In this document: piece after piece, positions 55,010 to 64,000 of the stretch
How the letters are laid out: each line of letters starts with the position of its first letter
How positions within the stretch are numbered: the first letter of the stretch is position 1
Origin: Candidatus Caldarchaeum sp.
Lineage (GTDB): Archaea; Thermoproteota; Nitrososphaeria_A; Caldarchaeales; Caldarchaeaceae
Direction of reading: 5' to 3'
DNA: 64,000 nucleotides
Assembly (NCBI GenBank): GCA_038831915.1
Contig: JAWBKB010000002.1
Coordinates: 4,964-68,963 of the forward strand
Translations under genes and position numbers: made by a program
The notes under the pieces: model-generated
The model's database searches: none
What the model saw: the letters and a program-made list of their open reading frames with translations, nothing else
Told to the model about the DNA's origin: nothing

Positions 55010-55336
55010 TTGCAAGCTCTTTTTTCAGACATGGTTGACGATAGTTTAGTCGGCAGAATAGTCATGAAGGTTAGAGGACGAGACGCGGGACGAAAAGGTG
55101 TCGTTGTATCCGTTTTCTCTGGTGGATTTGTGTTAGTGACAGGTCCCAAATCTCTAACAGGTTTGAGAAGAAAACGCGTCAACATCATTCATATATTGCC
55201 AACTCCTTATAAGATTGAGATATCAAAGGATGCGTCCGACGAAGAAGTCACAAAAGCAATAAAAGAAGCAAACCTTGAAAAATACATGGTCGAAAAACAT
55301 GAAATTAGGCAAGCCGCCTTGGCATCGAAAATATGA
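55010..55336 (+). CDS. rpl14e: 50S ribosomal protein L14e (KOW domain)
   Basis: 108 aa. LVGRIVMKVRGRDAGRKGVVVSV. Confidence 0.8.
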   Translation: MQALFSDMVDDSLVGRIVMKVRGRDAGRKGVVVSVFSGGFVLVTGPKSLTGLRRKRVNIIHILPTPYKIEISKDASDEEVTKAIKEANLEKYMVEKHEIRQAALASKI

Positions 55337-55571
55337 AACACTCGTGAAAAGGGAAGCTGAAACCGATTTTCGCTACGGCAAGCCTCCGCAAGAAAGGACT
55401 GTTGATGAACTTTTACAATCATGCGTGATAAGCTTTGACAAGCAACGCGGGCCCACAAGCCACGAGGTCGCGTACTTGGTTCGGAAGATTCTAAACGTGG
55501 AGCAGGTCGGACAAGGCGGGACCCTTGAGCAAAGCGGGGAAATCCCGCAGTCTCCGGCGTTCTACCATTAA
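55275..55571 (+). CDS. cbf5: tRNA pseudouridine synthase Cbf5/TruB, N-terminal fragment (frameshifted)
   Basis: FDKQRGPTSHEVAYLVRKILNVEQVGQGGTL matches the Cbf5 N-terminus up to the catalytic GTLD motif. The frame is then lost (reads EQSGEIPQSPAFYH-stop). Confidence 0.6.
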   Translation: MKNTWSKNMKLGKPPWHRKYETLVKREAETDFRYGKPPQERTVDELLQSCVISFDKQRGPTSHEVAYLVRKILNVEQVGQGGTLEQSGEIPQSPAFYH

Positions 55572-56323
55572 TGGTGGGGGAAGCAACCAAAATCGCGCCT
55601 GTCTTCATGCAGGGCGGAAAAGAATACGTTGGATTGATGGAATTTCACGGCGATGTGACAGATCAATCGATAAAGGAGGCTTTCGCCCTTTTCACGGGAG
55701 AAATTTATCAGGTTCCGCCTGTTCGGGCGTCGGTTGCGAGAAGACCGAGGATAAGAAAAGTTTACTATTTTGAGTTTCTTGAAAGAGATGGTAGGTACGT
55801 TCTTTTCCGTCTCGGATGCTCAGGCGGAACGTATGTCCGTAAAATCTGCCACGACATTGGAGAATACATAGGGGTCGGAGCTCACATGGAGGAACTGCGG
55901 AGAACAAGGGCAGGACCTTTCACCGAACAACGTTCCCATGGATTTCTCGCACTCTACGAAGCAGTTGCCGCATACCGCGAGACCGGCCATGAATCTGCAA
56001 TTCGAAACATCCTCGAGCCAGTGGAAAACGCGTTGTCACTTGTACCAAAGGTGTATGTTCTCGACACGGCTGTCGACGCTATCTGCCATGGAGCCGACTT
56101 GATGGCTGCGGGCATTGCCAAGCTCGACTCAGACATCGAAGTAAACAGCTTCGTCGCTGTGATGACCTTGAAAAACGAATTGGTAGCGTTAGGAAAAGCT
56201 GTGATGAACAGTTCACAGATGATAGAGGCCACGGAAGGCCTTGCGGTCGACGTAACCCGTGTAATCATGCGGAAATCAACATATCCACCTGTTTGGAAAG
56301 GAGGCCTCCAACACGTCCATTAA
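55571..56323 (+). CDS. cbf5: tRNA pseudouridine synthase Cbf5/TruB, C-terminal fragment including PUA domain
   Basis: 250 aa. In this frame the upstream codons read ...AVSGVLPL before the ATG, continuing the Cbf5 alignment (GVLPVAL). TruB catalytic core and C-terminal PUA domain follow. Confidence 0.75.
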   Translation: MVGEATKIAPVFMQGGKEYVGLMEFHGDVTDQSIKEAFALFTGEIYQVPPVRASVARRPRIRKVYYFEFLERDGRYVLFRLGCSGGTYVRKICHDIGEYIGVGAHMEELRRTRAGPFTEQRSHGFLALYEAVAAYRETGHESAIRNILEPVENALSLVPKVYVLDTAVDAICHGADLMAAGIAKLDSDIEVNSFVAVMTLKNELVALGKAVMNSSQMIEATEGLAVDVTRVIMRKSTYPPVWKGGLQHVH

Positions 56324-56359
56324 CTTAAAACATTACCAATCGCATGATTAACTAGAATT

Positions 56360-56448
56360 GCCGGGGTCCCTCAGCCTGGTAGAGGGCAGGCCTGGAGAGC
56401 CTGTGGCCCTTCTGGGCCGCGTGGGTTCAAATCCCACCCCCGGCGCCA
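56360..56448 (+). tRNA. tRNA-Ser (anticodon GGA), type II with long variable arm, CCA encoded
   Basis: Manual fold. Acceptor GCCGGGG/CCCCGGC, D-stem CCTC/GAGG, anticodon stem CAGGC/GCCTG with loop CTGGAGA (anticodon GGA), 17-nt variable arm GGCCC-TTCT-GGGCC, T-arm GTGGG-TTCAAAT-CCCAC, discriminator G, then CCA. Confidence 0.85.
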
Positions 56449-56615
56449 CATTTCACAGACCATCCGAACCAATGAATTTCATCAAATTTTCAAAGAGGGA
56501 TGCAGAAACTAAGCTTCCATCAAAGCCGTCCAATCGCATAATTTGATTTGTTTGCTGTCCTTTCGCACATCATGTCTGTCACGGTTATTACGTGCCTCTT
56601 TGATTTGTCCATGGT

Positions 56616-57107
56616 TTGTCTGGCTCCGTTCACCGCATCGAAGCGTTGAAAAAAGCTCACAAACGTGAAAGGGGACACGTTAAGCTGGCGGAAGAGTATT
56701 TAGAAGCTGTTTATGAAATTCTGCAATCTAGGGGGACAACGGTCAGGCCGGTGGATGTCGCCCGTGCTCTAAACGTGGCCCCGAGCACCGTCAAAAAAGT
56801 TATCACTGGCCTCTGCGAGAAAGGGTACTTGAATTACGAGCCTTACAAAAGGCTGGACCTGACGGAAGAAGGTTTGGCAAAAATTCAGCAGCTGAAGCGT
56901 CGTCATGACACCGTTTCGAAGCTCTTTCAAATTCTTGGAATGAAGGAGTTGGACGCAGAAGTTGAAGCCGAACGACTGGAGCACAGCCTCAGCGAAAAAT
57001 CAACCGCCTTACTCAAGTCACTGTTGGAAGCGCTGAGCAGCGACCCCGTTTTGTTGGAAAATGTTCGACGCGGAATGACCGCTACGGATGCTATCAAGAA
57101 AAGCTGA
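56616..57107 (+). CDS. DtxR/MntR-family metal-dependent transcriptional regulator
   Basis: 163 aa. wHTH (VRPVDVARALNVAPSTVKKVITGLCEKGYL) and dimerisation/metal-binding helix RRHDTV...FQILG. Confidence 0.75.
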   Translation: MSGSVHRIEALKKAHKRERGHVKLAEEYLEAVYEILQSRGTTVRPVDVARALNVAPSTVKKVITGLCEKGYLNYEPYKRLDLTEEGLAKIQQLKRRHDTVSKLFQILGMKELDAEVEAERLEHSLSEKSTALLKSLLEALSSDPVLLENVRRGMTATDAIKKS

Positions 57108-57184
57108 CGGAGCTTACGAAAATCGTATTAAATTCACTGAAGCCGCAACGCAGTTTATCTATAAATACGAAAGATATTGGCTAA

Positions 57185-58582
57185 TTGCGAGTTCGATTGA
57201 CGACGTTACTTGATTCGACACTTCGCGAAGGTGAGCTTTTCCGAGTTCTGAAACTTTCCGCTAAACTCGAGCTGGTTGAAAAGCTTGCGGACTTGGGCTT
57301 GCGCAGAATCGAAGTTACTGTCGATTATCCGCCGAGGACAACAAGGGAAGACGTCGAACCGGTCGTCAACAGGTGCAGAGATTTGGGAGTTGAATGCGTC
57401 ATTCATGGAAGAGCTGTCAAACAAGATGTTGAGTCGGCTTTGAGATATGATGCGGCCGGAGTGGCATTCTACATCGCTCCAACCGAAATTCATCGGCAGC
57501 ATAAGCTTCACGGAATAAGTTATGACGAAGCTTTGAAAAGGCTCGCTGAATCCATAGACGCGGCGAAAGAGGCAGGGTTCCGCTACATCCGGGCGACCGT
57601 AGAGGATGCTTCTAGGTTTTTCGTGGAAAACCAAAACGAACAACTAGTCTCAGCTGTCAAAAGTCTTTCACATGCTGGTGCAACATTAGTAAGCGTACCG
57701 GACACCGCGGGCCTTCTATCACCACCAAAAGCCGCGCATTTCATCCGATTTGTCAAAAACGCTACTAACGTGCCGTTGGCCGCACATTTTCACAACGATT
57801 ACGGCATGGCTTCAGCCAACACGATAGCCGCGATTTTGGAAAACGTCAACGAAGCCCATGTCACGGTGATGGGTGTGGGAGACCGAAACGGAATAGCGGA
57901 CCTTTATGAAGTCGTCGCTGTTCTCGAAGACGTTCACGGCGTCAGCCTCGGAATTAAACGGGATAAGATGAGCAGCCTTTACAGCTTCTTCGCCAAAGTC
58001 GCTGGCGTAAAGCTTCCATGGCGGCATCCGCTTTCCGAAGAATCACGAACAATAAGAGCGGGGGTGCATCAGGCCATGGCAGTTGAAAAGCCTGAAGGAT
58101 ACATGCCGACCAAAAAACTCGAACACGACGTCGCTAATCCAGTTTTTACATTAGGCGTCTACGCCAGTCACCGTCTCGTGGCCGCACTGACAGGCCTTAA
58201 TCCCAACGACCCGAGAGTTAGGGCGGCGACAGAAGCCCTCGCTCACAAAGCACGTGAAAAAAATGGATACCTCAGCGTTACTGAGCTGAACGAAATCTTG
58301 CTTAACACTCTTGGAATTCAGGTCGAAAAACAAACACTAATGAAATATTTGAGCGGCGAAAAAATCTATGTCCTCGCAAAGTTGAACCCAAGGTACGACC
58401 CAAACAAGATTTACGAAGTGTTGATGTCCTGGGATGAAATCGAAGCAGTCGACGAGGTGTACGGAGACGTTGACATGATATTCGTCGCCAGGGCCAAATT
58501 TTCACATGACAACGTCGTCGAACGGTTCAAAACCGTCTTCTCAGAAGCGTTAGAAGAAGTCAAAGTCTACGTGGCCGACTGA
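57185..58582 (+). CDS. 2-isopropylmalate/homocitrate/citramalate synthase family protein (HMGL-like)
   Basis: 465 aa. DSTLREGE N-terminal catalytic motif, HFHNDYGMA metal-binding motif, C-terminal LeuA-type regulatory region. Confidence 0.8.
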   Translation: MRVRLTTLLDSTLREGELFRVLKLSAKLELVEKLADLGLRRIEVTVDYPPRTTREDVEPVVNRCRDLGVECVIHGRAVKQDVESALRYDAAGVAFYIAPTEIHRQHKLHGISYDEALKRLAESIDAAKEAGFRYIRATVEDASRFFVENQNEQLVSAVKSLSHAGATLVSVPDTAGLLSPPKAAHFIRFVKNATNVPLAAHFHNDYGMASANTIAAILENVNEAHVTVMGVGDRNGIADLYEVVAVLEDVHGVSLGIKRDKMSSLYSFFAKVAGVKLPWRHPLSEESRTIRAGVHQAMAVEKPEGYMPTKKLEHDVANPVFTLGVYASHRLVAALTGLNPNDPRVRAATEALAHKAREKNGYLSVTELNEILLNTLGIQVEKQTLMKYLSGEKIYVLAKLNPRYDPNKIYEVLMSWDEIEAVDEVYGDVDMIFVARAKFSHDNVVERFKTVFSEALEEVKVYVAD

Positions 58583-59037
58583 TCACGAACAAGTGCTGGA
58601 AGGGCGCGAGCTGCTTCCGCCCCGAAGGCTTTCACCACGTCAGTCGCAGTAACTATTCCGACAAGCTTTTCGTCGGAAACCACGAGCAACCGCCTGATTT
58701 TATTTTTCGCCATTATCGAGACAGCTTCTTCGACGGATGTACGCTCACCAACCACCACCACCGGCGAAGACATTACTTGTTTCACAGTTGTTCTGCGTGG
58801 GGAAAGACCTGCGGCCAAAACTTTCCTCACCAAATCCCGTTCCGTAATGATTCCAACAGGTTTTTCGCCGACCGTTACGACAACAGACCCCACCTCGGCT
58901 TGAGCCATGATACGGGCCGCCGTATAGACGGTTGTTTCAGGCGAAACGGTGACAACGTCCTGCGTCATTATGTCTTTTACCACAGTCGCCGCAGGCATGA
59001 CGATACTGTTGACGAAGCTTTCTAAAAGGTGTTTCAA
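58567..59037 (-). CDS. CBS-domain pair protein
   Basis: 156 aa. Two CBS motifs (IMTQDVVTVSPETTV..., VMSSPVVVVGERTSV...). Confidence 0.8.
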   Translation of the reverse strand: MKHLLESFVNSIVMPAATVVKDIMTQDVVTVSPETTVYTAARIMAQAEVGSVVVTVGEKPVGIITERDLVRKVLAAGLSPRRTTVKQVMSSPVVVVGERTSVEEAVSIMAKNKIRRLLVVSDEKLVGIVTATDVVKAFGAEAARALPALVRDQSAT

Positions 59038-59074
59038 ACGGTTTAAATCATGCTTTGCAGTTTAGCCGGAAAGA

Positions 59075-59353
59075 ATGAAAGTTCCGGCAAAAACCACAAC
59101 TTACTGTCCTAAATGCAACGCGCATACTGAACATACGGTTGCCCTTTACAAAAAAGGCAAAGAAAGGTCTCTCGCGATAGGTGCGAGAAGACACGAAAGG
59201 GAGCTGAAAGGCTATGGAGGTCAGAAATATCCTATTCAGCGTAAAAAGTCGAAGACAACAGACAAGAAGACATTAGTCCTCAAATGTGTCACATGCGGTC
59301 GAAGCGTCATGCGGGAAGGCATCAGACTTAAGAAATTGGAGGTTGTGAGGTAA
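59075..59353 (+). CDS. rpl44e: 50S ribosomal protein L44e
   Basis: 92 aa. [11 protein letters not shown]...LKCVTCG zinc motif. Confidence 0.9.
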   Translation: MKVPAKTTTYCPKCNAHTEHTVALYKKGKERSLAIGARRHERELKGYGGQKYPIQRKKSKTTDKKTLVLKCVTCGRSVMREGIRLKKLEVVR

Positions 59354-59553
59354 TGTCGGAATCGTGGAGCAAATACATTCCATCTCCGCGGTCGAGATTT
59401 CTTATCGTCAGTTGTAACGAATGTGGCAACTCGCAAATAGTTTTCGACTCCGCGAAAACGGTTGTCAAATGTAATGTCTGCGGCGCGGTGCTGGCCCGTC
59501 CAAGCGGAGGAAAAGCAATCATATTGGGAAAGAAGGAGAGAACTCTTGAGTAA
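59353..59553 (+). CDS. rps27e: 30S ribosomal protein S27e
   Basis: 66 aa. [42 protein letters not shown]. Confidence 0.9.
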   Translation: MSESWSKYIPSPRSRFLIVSCNECGNSQIVFDSAKTVVKCNVCGAVLARPSGGKAIILGKKERTLE

Positions 59554-60316
59554 AGTCCCCGAAATTGGGGAGCTTGTTCTAGGAAGGGTAAAGGAAGTTA
59601 AGGACTATGGAGCTTATGTCGAAATCGAGGAATATCCAAGCTATGAAGGATTTGTCCATGTTTCTGAAGTATCGCTCAAATGGGTTCGAAACATCCGCGA
59701 ACATCTCAAAGAAGGACAAAGAACCGTTTTCAAAATCATCCGAGTAAACCCGGCCACGATGCAGGCTGACCTATCCATTAGACGTGTGTCTCAGAAAGAA
59801 AGAGTTGACAAGCTTCTTGAACTTAAGAGAAAGGCAAAAATCAAAAAAGTCTTTAAAACCTTAGAGGAAAGAAAATTTGACGCAGCTGTTCAGAAAATTT
59901 TGGCGACCACGTCCAACTATGAAACCCTCTATGGTTTGTTCGAGCAGATAGCTGTCGGACACGATGTTTCGAAAATCTTTCCCACTCTCGACCCGCTCGA
60001 AGCAGAGGAGCTGCGTAAAGCCGTCGAGCAGGAAATCAAGCTTCGGGAAGTTGAGGTAAAGGTAGATATGGTGCTTAGATGTGAGAGCAGGGACGGCGTA
60101 AAGGCCATACGTGAAGCAGCTGCAGCCGTCGAAAAAATAGCTGAAACTGGAGAAACTGTCGAAATGAGGACTAAGGGTGCTCCCGTTTACAGCCTGTCCG
60201 TCAAGGCGTCGACCAAAGAAAGGGCGAACGAGCTGATCGCTCTAGCCGTGCAGGTCTGCGGCGACGTAATGAAAAAGTACGGTGGTTTTGCGGAGCTTAA
60301 GACAAAAGAGAAGTAG
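59546..60316 (+). CDS. eif2a: Translation initiation factor 2 alpha subunit (aIF2-alpha)
   Basis: S1 domain ([22 protein letters not shown]...GFVHVSEVS), then helical and C-terminal alpha-beta domains. TTG start at 59546 right after the S27e stop. The ATG ORF from 59462 overlaps S27e. Confidence 0.85.
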   Translation: MSKVPEIGELVLGRVKEVKDYGAYVEIEEYPSYEGFVHVSEVSLKWVRNIREHLKEGQRTVFKIIRVNPATMQADLSIRRVSQKERVDKLLELKRKAKIKKVFKTLEERKFDAAVQKILATTSNYETLYGLFEQIAVGHDVSKIFPTLDPLEAEELRKAVEQEIKLREVEVKVDMVLRCESRDGVKAIREAAAAVEKIAETGETVEMRTKGAPVYSLSVKASTKERANELIALAVQVCGDVMKKYGGFAELKTKEK

Positions 60317-60635
60317 AGTTTGTAATCTTCTCCATTTTGAATAAGAGAGACCTTCTCCGAACTATGGTTGTCCTGTTTTCGACTCTTTGGTATTTTGCGT
60401 TGACTTCAACATCCATCGGCAAAGGCTCTTGAGATGTTTCGACGTCGAGGACCCTAGCATCGGAAGGAAAATCAACATGCCTACCTTTCCCCAGCTTCAC
60501 CTCTATCCCAAAAATCTTAAAACCGTCCAGCGATTCGGGCGGGTTTTCCAAAATCGTTACACGGTATTTATAGACACGGGTTCTTTCCGACCGTGTCCTA
60601 GGGGTGGGCTTTGAAACGATTTTTCCCTTCTTCAT
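60297..60635 (-). CDS. Hypothetical protein
   Basis: 112-aa ORF convergent with aIF2-alpha. No recognizable motif; sits where Nop10 is usually encoded in archaea. Confidence 0.3.
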   Translation of the reverse strand: MKKGKIVSKPTPRTRSERTRVYKYRVTILENPPESLDGFKIFGIEVKLGKGRHVDFPSDARVLDVETSQEPLPMDVEVNAKYQRVENRTTIVRRRSLLFKMEKITNSTSLLS

Positions 60636-60698
60636 TCCAACCCATATATAAACATCAAAAAATAATTAAATTTATCTGTCCGCCGGCGTTATTGGTTT

Positions 60699-61442
60699 AT
60701 GAACGAACTATTTGTCTTCCTGGTTGCGTTTTTCGCCGCTGCGTTCGGCTCTGTATTAGGTATCGGCGGCGGAATTTTTTTCGTTCCGTTTTCGACGATG
60801 TTTCTTTCCTTTCCGCCTTCCAAAGCTGTTCCCGTAAGCCTTGCCATGGTTTTCACCAACGCTGTTTCCGCCACTTTCACAAGGTTTCGGCAAGAGTCGT
60901 TGCAAATCGGGCCAAATGCGTGGCTTGGGATTGCTGCTATTCCATCGACTTTGCTCGGGTCCTTGATAGGGGCCAGACTTGAGGCACAGACCTTCAGGCT
61001 TCTCTTCAGTCTTTTCGTTATATCTGCTGCTGTTTTTGTCTTTGTAAAGCGGCCAACCGTGTCTATTGAAACCAGGCAAAAAGGTAGGCTCGCGAGAAAA
61101 CTGGCAGTGGTAGTCGCGGCGGGATTCGTTTCAACTCTTCTCGGTGTGGGAGGCGGTTTGATAATGGTTCCAGCTTTCATAATTTGGGCCAAGCTGGATT
61201 CACATCAGTCGGTCGGCACCAGTCAATATGTGACGGCGTTCGCAACTTCAACAGGCCTAATATCATACACGGTTCAGGGCTATTCCGAACCATTTCTGTT
61301 CGTGTTAGCCTCGGTGGGAGGATTTCTCGGTGGCATGGTAGGCAGCAGAATCGAACTAAGACTATCAGAAAAAAACTTAAGGAAAGTAATAGTTGTGGCG
61401 TTTCTCGCAATAGGCTCCTGTATGATTTATTCAGCCCTTTAA
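60699..61442 (+). CDS. Sulfite exporter TauE/SafE family (DUF81) membrane protein
   Basis: 247 aa. Two-repeat topology with glycine-rich motifs GSVLGIGGGIFFVP and LGVGGGLIMVP. Confidence 0.8.
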   Translation: MNELFVFLVAFFAAAFGSVLGIGGGIFFVPFSTMFLSFPPSKAVPVSLAMVFTNAVSATFTRFRQESLQIGPNAWLGIAAIPSTLLGSLIGARLEAQTFRLLFSLFVISAAVFVFVKRPTVSIETRQKGRLARKLAVVVAAGFVSTLLGVGGGLIMVPAFIIWAKLDSHQSVGTSQYVTAFATSTGLISYTVQGYSEPFLFVLASVGGFLGGMVGSRIELRLSEKNLRKVIVVAFLAIGSCMIYSAL

Positions 61443-62194
61443 AACAACTGGATCACGGTCAGTAACGCAAGCGACATAACGAAAATCGTCAGCCAAACTT
61501 TCCAGCTCCAGTTGAGAACTTTTTCGCCGTCTAGCGGTGGAATAGGCAACATGTTGAAAAACATCAAGAAAGCATTAATCGAAGCCACTATTTCCAGCAG
61601 AAAGTTGTTGAGAACCTTGGCTAAAACAAACAGGGCCGTCGCTGCAATGAAGTTGAATAAGGGACCTGCGGCCGCGATTTCCCCTATTGTTCTTGGAAGG
61701 GTTAACCCCCGAATCACCACCGCACCCGGCATGATGACCTTGAACGGAACAGGTAGCAAAGAGGTTATCAAAGTTACGAATAGTCCGGGTGGAAAGATTT
61801 TAAACTCCGCTGAAAGGCCTCTTCTAATCGCTGTAAACTTGTGCGCTAATTCGTGACCTATGAACGAAGCGCAAAATCCTCCGACAAGAAATGCTAACGA
61901 GGTTATGGAAGCGGCTGCGAAACCAACCAAGCTGAGGCCAGCTACGGAAACGACCGCGGCTGCAATGGCTAGCTGTGCTGTCTCCGACTTGGTGAAAGAA
62001 AGTTGAGGCTTTGCCCCTCTGCTCACGTATTTTGCCGCCGCTCGTAATCTTATTTCTTCGGGACTACGTGTCTTGGATATGCCTATGCATCCATGATTTT
62101 CAGGCAGCCGGTGCGAGGAGCAGTAGGGAAGCCCGCAGTAGGTACACCGAAACGGAAGCATTTCGTCAACGCCGCAAACGCTACACCTGACCAA
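61439..62194 (-). CDS. Membrane zinc metalloprotease (M50/site-2-protease-like, HExxH) with N-terminal AN1-type zinc finger
   Basis: 251 aa. N-terminal CSVCG...CTYCGLPYCSSHRLPENHGC, membrane domain with HELAH and a later LDG motif. Confidence 0.55.
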   Translation of the reverse strand: MVRCSVCGVDEMLPFRCTYCGLPYCSSHRLPENHGCIGISKTRSPEEIRLRAAAKYVSRGAKPQLSFTKSETAQLAIAAAVVSVAGLSLVGFAAASITSLAFLVGGFCASFIGHELAHKFTAIRRGLSAEFKIFPPGLFVTLITSLLPVPFKVIMPGAVVIRGLTLPRTIGEIAAAGPLFNFIAATALFVLAKVLNNFLLEIVASINAFLMFFNMLPIPPLDGEKVLNWSWKVWLTIFVMSLALLTVIQLF

Positions 62195-62266
62195 CCTTGC
62201 TTTAATAAAGCTCGACGGTTTTTATAGCTTGCTAAACATAAATACGTTAGACGCGTAAATTAGGGT

Positions 62267-62698
62267 ATGGAAAGTGCTCCTGACTGGGATGAATTTTTCC
62301 ATAGGATAGGTCGGGAGGTTGAGCATAGGGTTCGCGACGCCATTGAATATTCGATGAACCTGTTAGAGCCTTTAGTCGGCGATTACCGCAGGCCAAGAGC
62401 TGATTACACGGTGTCTTCTACACATGTCTACGTCGTCGTTGAAATGCCCGGAACATCTAAAGAAAATATCGAAATGCAGGCTGATGAAACTTCGATAACA
62501 GTTTCCGCGGAATACGTCATGCCAGCAGATGAATACAGCAGGCTGTACCCCTTCACCTATGGAAAAGGCTATCGAAGAACCATCAAGCTTCCTAAGGCAA
62601 TCGACCCCTCCAAGATTCAAGCCCGTTATGAGAACGGGTTGTTGTATATCAAAGCTGAAATACCAAAACCCAAAGGTGTAAAAATCCAGATAGAATAA
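62267..62698 (+). CDS. Hsp20/alpha-crystallin small heat-shock protein
   Basis: 143 aa. Alpha-crystallin domain ending GLLYIKAEIPKPK...IQIE (I-x-I motif). Confidence 0.85.
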   Translation: MESAPDWDEFFHRIGREVEHRVRDAIEYSMNLLEPLVGDYRRPRADYTVSSTHVYVVVEMPGTSKENIEMQADETSITVSAEYVMPADEYSRLYPFTYGKGYRRTIKLPKAIDPSKIQARYENGLLYIKAEIPKPKGVKIQIE

Positions 62699-64000
62699 AT
62701 GGCCCGGCTGTTCAAGGAGCTTGCGGTTCTCTGTGAGGAGCTGGAGTCAACCAACTCGCGGAACGAGAAGATCTCTCTCGTGGCCAAATATTTCCGTGGC
62801 TTTCTAAATTCAGAAGCTGAGGAAGCTAAAGCCGCTGCTTATCTTCTGGTCGGAATCACGTCAGGTATCAGACGCATCGGCATAAACATCGGGCCCTCAA
62901 CCCTTTTCAAAGCCGTGTCAGAGAAGCAACTGTCTCTGGTCGATTTACAGCCGCTGACTGTGCTCGATGTCTGGACAGCCGTGCAGAAATCCATGAAAAC
63001 TGCTGGAGAAGGCTCTTCGGAAACGAGGAAAGCTCTACTTGCGAATCTTTTCGCCAGAAGCGACGATGTCGAACGTAAATGGCTTGTCAGAATTCTCATG
63101 GGCGAAATGAGACATGGGTTCAACGCGGGTCTGCTGATTGAATCGGTGGCCCAACTCTCTCAGCGGCCCGTGGACACGGTGAGAAAGGCCGACATGTTGT
63201 TAGGTGACCTGGGAGAACTCGTGAAAAAAGCTTTGGAGAAAACGCTTGATTCCGTGAGTTTGACGATTTTCCACCCAATAAAGCCGATGTTGGCAGAATA
63301 CGCCTATACTGTCGAAGAAATCATAAGTAAAACCCGCTTGCCTGTGTACATCGAGCCGAAAATCGACGGTGTGAGACTTCAGGTTCACAAAAAAGATGAT
63401 GAAATCAGAGTTTTCACCCGAGGTTTGAAGGACATTACCAGGTCTGTTCCCGACGTTGTGGAAACCGGGAAGACATCCGTTAAAGGCGAAACGGTCATAC
63501 TGGACGGGGAGGCTTTTTCAGTCGATGACAAGGGCCGGCCAACGCCTTTCCAAGAAACGATGCGGAGGATAGGCAGGGAAAAACAAACAGAAGACATACT
63601 CAAACAGCTGAAACTGGTAATCAAATTTTTCGACATAATCTATGTTAACGGAGAAGATAGTTGGAGCATGCCTTTGGCTTATCGGAGGCGAAAATTGGAG
63701 ACAATTGTTGAGCCGTCTGCTGTCAACCCGGTAGTGGTCGCGGAAACAGCACAAACCATCATCGAGAAACTTCATGATTGGACGTCCATGGGCCACGAAG
63801 GATTAATGGCCAAATCCCCGAACAGCCCGTATGTTCCAGGCAGAAGGGGCGGTTTCTGGTTCAAGATGAAACCCGCCAAAACGCTCGACGTGGTGGTTAT
63901 AGCTGCTGAATGGGGTCATGGAAGGCGGCAAGGCTGGCTGAGCAACTATCATTTAGCTGTGATAGACGAGACAACCGGCCAATTCGTACCAGTTGGAAAA
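62699..64000 (+). CDS. lig: ATP-dependent DNA ligase, N-terminal and adenylation part; runs off the 3' edge
   Basis: ATG immediately after the Hsp20 TAA. DNA-binding domain, then adenylation motif I EPKIDGVRLQVH (KxDGxR). No stop before 64000. Confidence 0.85.
   Translation, partial: MARLFKELAVLCEELESTNSRNEKISLVAKYFRGFLNSEAEEAKAAAYLLVGITSGIRRIGINIGPSTLFKAVSEKQLSLVDLQPLTVLDVWTAVQKSMKTAGEGSSETRKALLANLFARSDDVERKWLVRILMGEMRHGFNAGLLIESVAQLSQRPVDTVRKADMLLGDLGELVKKALEKTLDSVSLTIFHPIKPMLAEYAYTVEEIISKTRLPVYIEPKIDGVRLQVHKKDDEIRVFTRGLKDITRSVPDVVETGKTSVKGETVILDGEAFSVDDKGRPTPFQETMRRIGREKQTEDILKQLKLVIKFFDIIYVNGEDSWSMPLAYRRRKLETIVEPSAVNPVVVAETAQTIIEKLHDWTSMGHEGLMAKSPNSPYVPGRRGGFWFKMKPAKTLDVVVIAAEWGHGRRQGWLSNYHLAVIDETTGQFVPVGK

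Noticed and set aside
56358-56546. 62-aa ORF MPGSLSLVEGRPGEP...
   Set aside because: Its first 90 nt are the tRNA-Ser gene. Coding call rejected in favour of the tRNA.
1-64000. CRISPR arrays, transposases, integrases, prophage genes
   Set aside because: None seen in any frame. No regularly spaced direct repeats are apparent. The window looks like core chromosome. The only mobile-type element is the aIF5B intein.

Overview
Dense archaeal chromosomal segment (about 50% GC, short or overlapping intergenic regions, frequent TTG/GTG starts, TACK/Thermoproteota-like gene order) dominated by information-processing genes. Main blocks: a large ribosomal-protein/SecY cluster (L22 to L14e, 44.4-55.3 kb); a second cluster with aIF2-gamma, RNA polymerase E'/E''(Spt4) and S24e-S27ae-S6e; aIF5B carrying a 158-aa mini-intein in its P-loop; KEOPS genes (Kae1, Bud32, Pcc1); a mevalonate lower-pathway cluster (MVK-IPK-IDI2); a xanthine-dehydrogenase/hydantoinase catabolic cluster; RNase P subunits; Tat translocase; a split MetE-like pair; one type-II tRNA-Ser(GGA). 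No CRISPR array, transposase or integrase was seen. The most unusual locus is a tightly overlapping five-gene minus-strand operon (1.9-7.9 kb): FAD oxidoreductase, GGCT-like protein, a 1035-aa SF2 helicase whose ~550-aa C-terminal half is unrecognizable, a HAD 5'(3')-deoxyribonucleotidase-like enzyme and a flavin reductase. This is a candidate uncharacterized system. Also notable: a CPBP protease gene split by an in-frame TAG, a frameshifted Cbf5/TruB gene whose catalytic GTLD motif reads GTLE, and an inverted cmk inside the conserved L34e-cmk-L14e block. All calls rest on reading the six-frame translations by eye; no database search was run.
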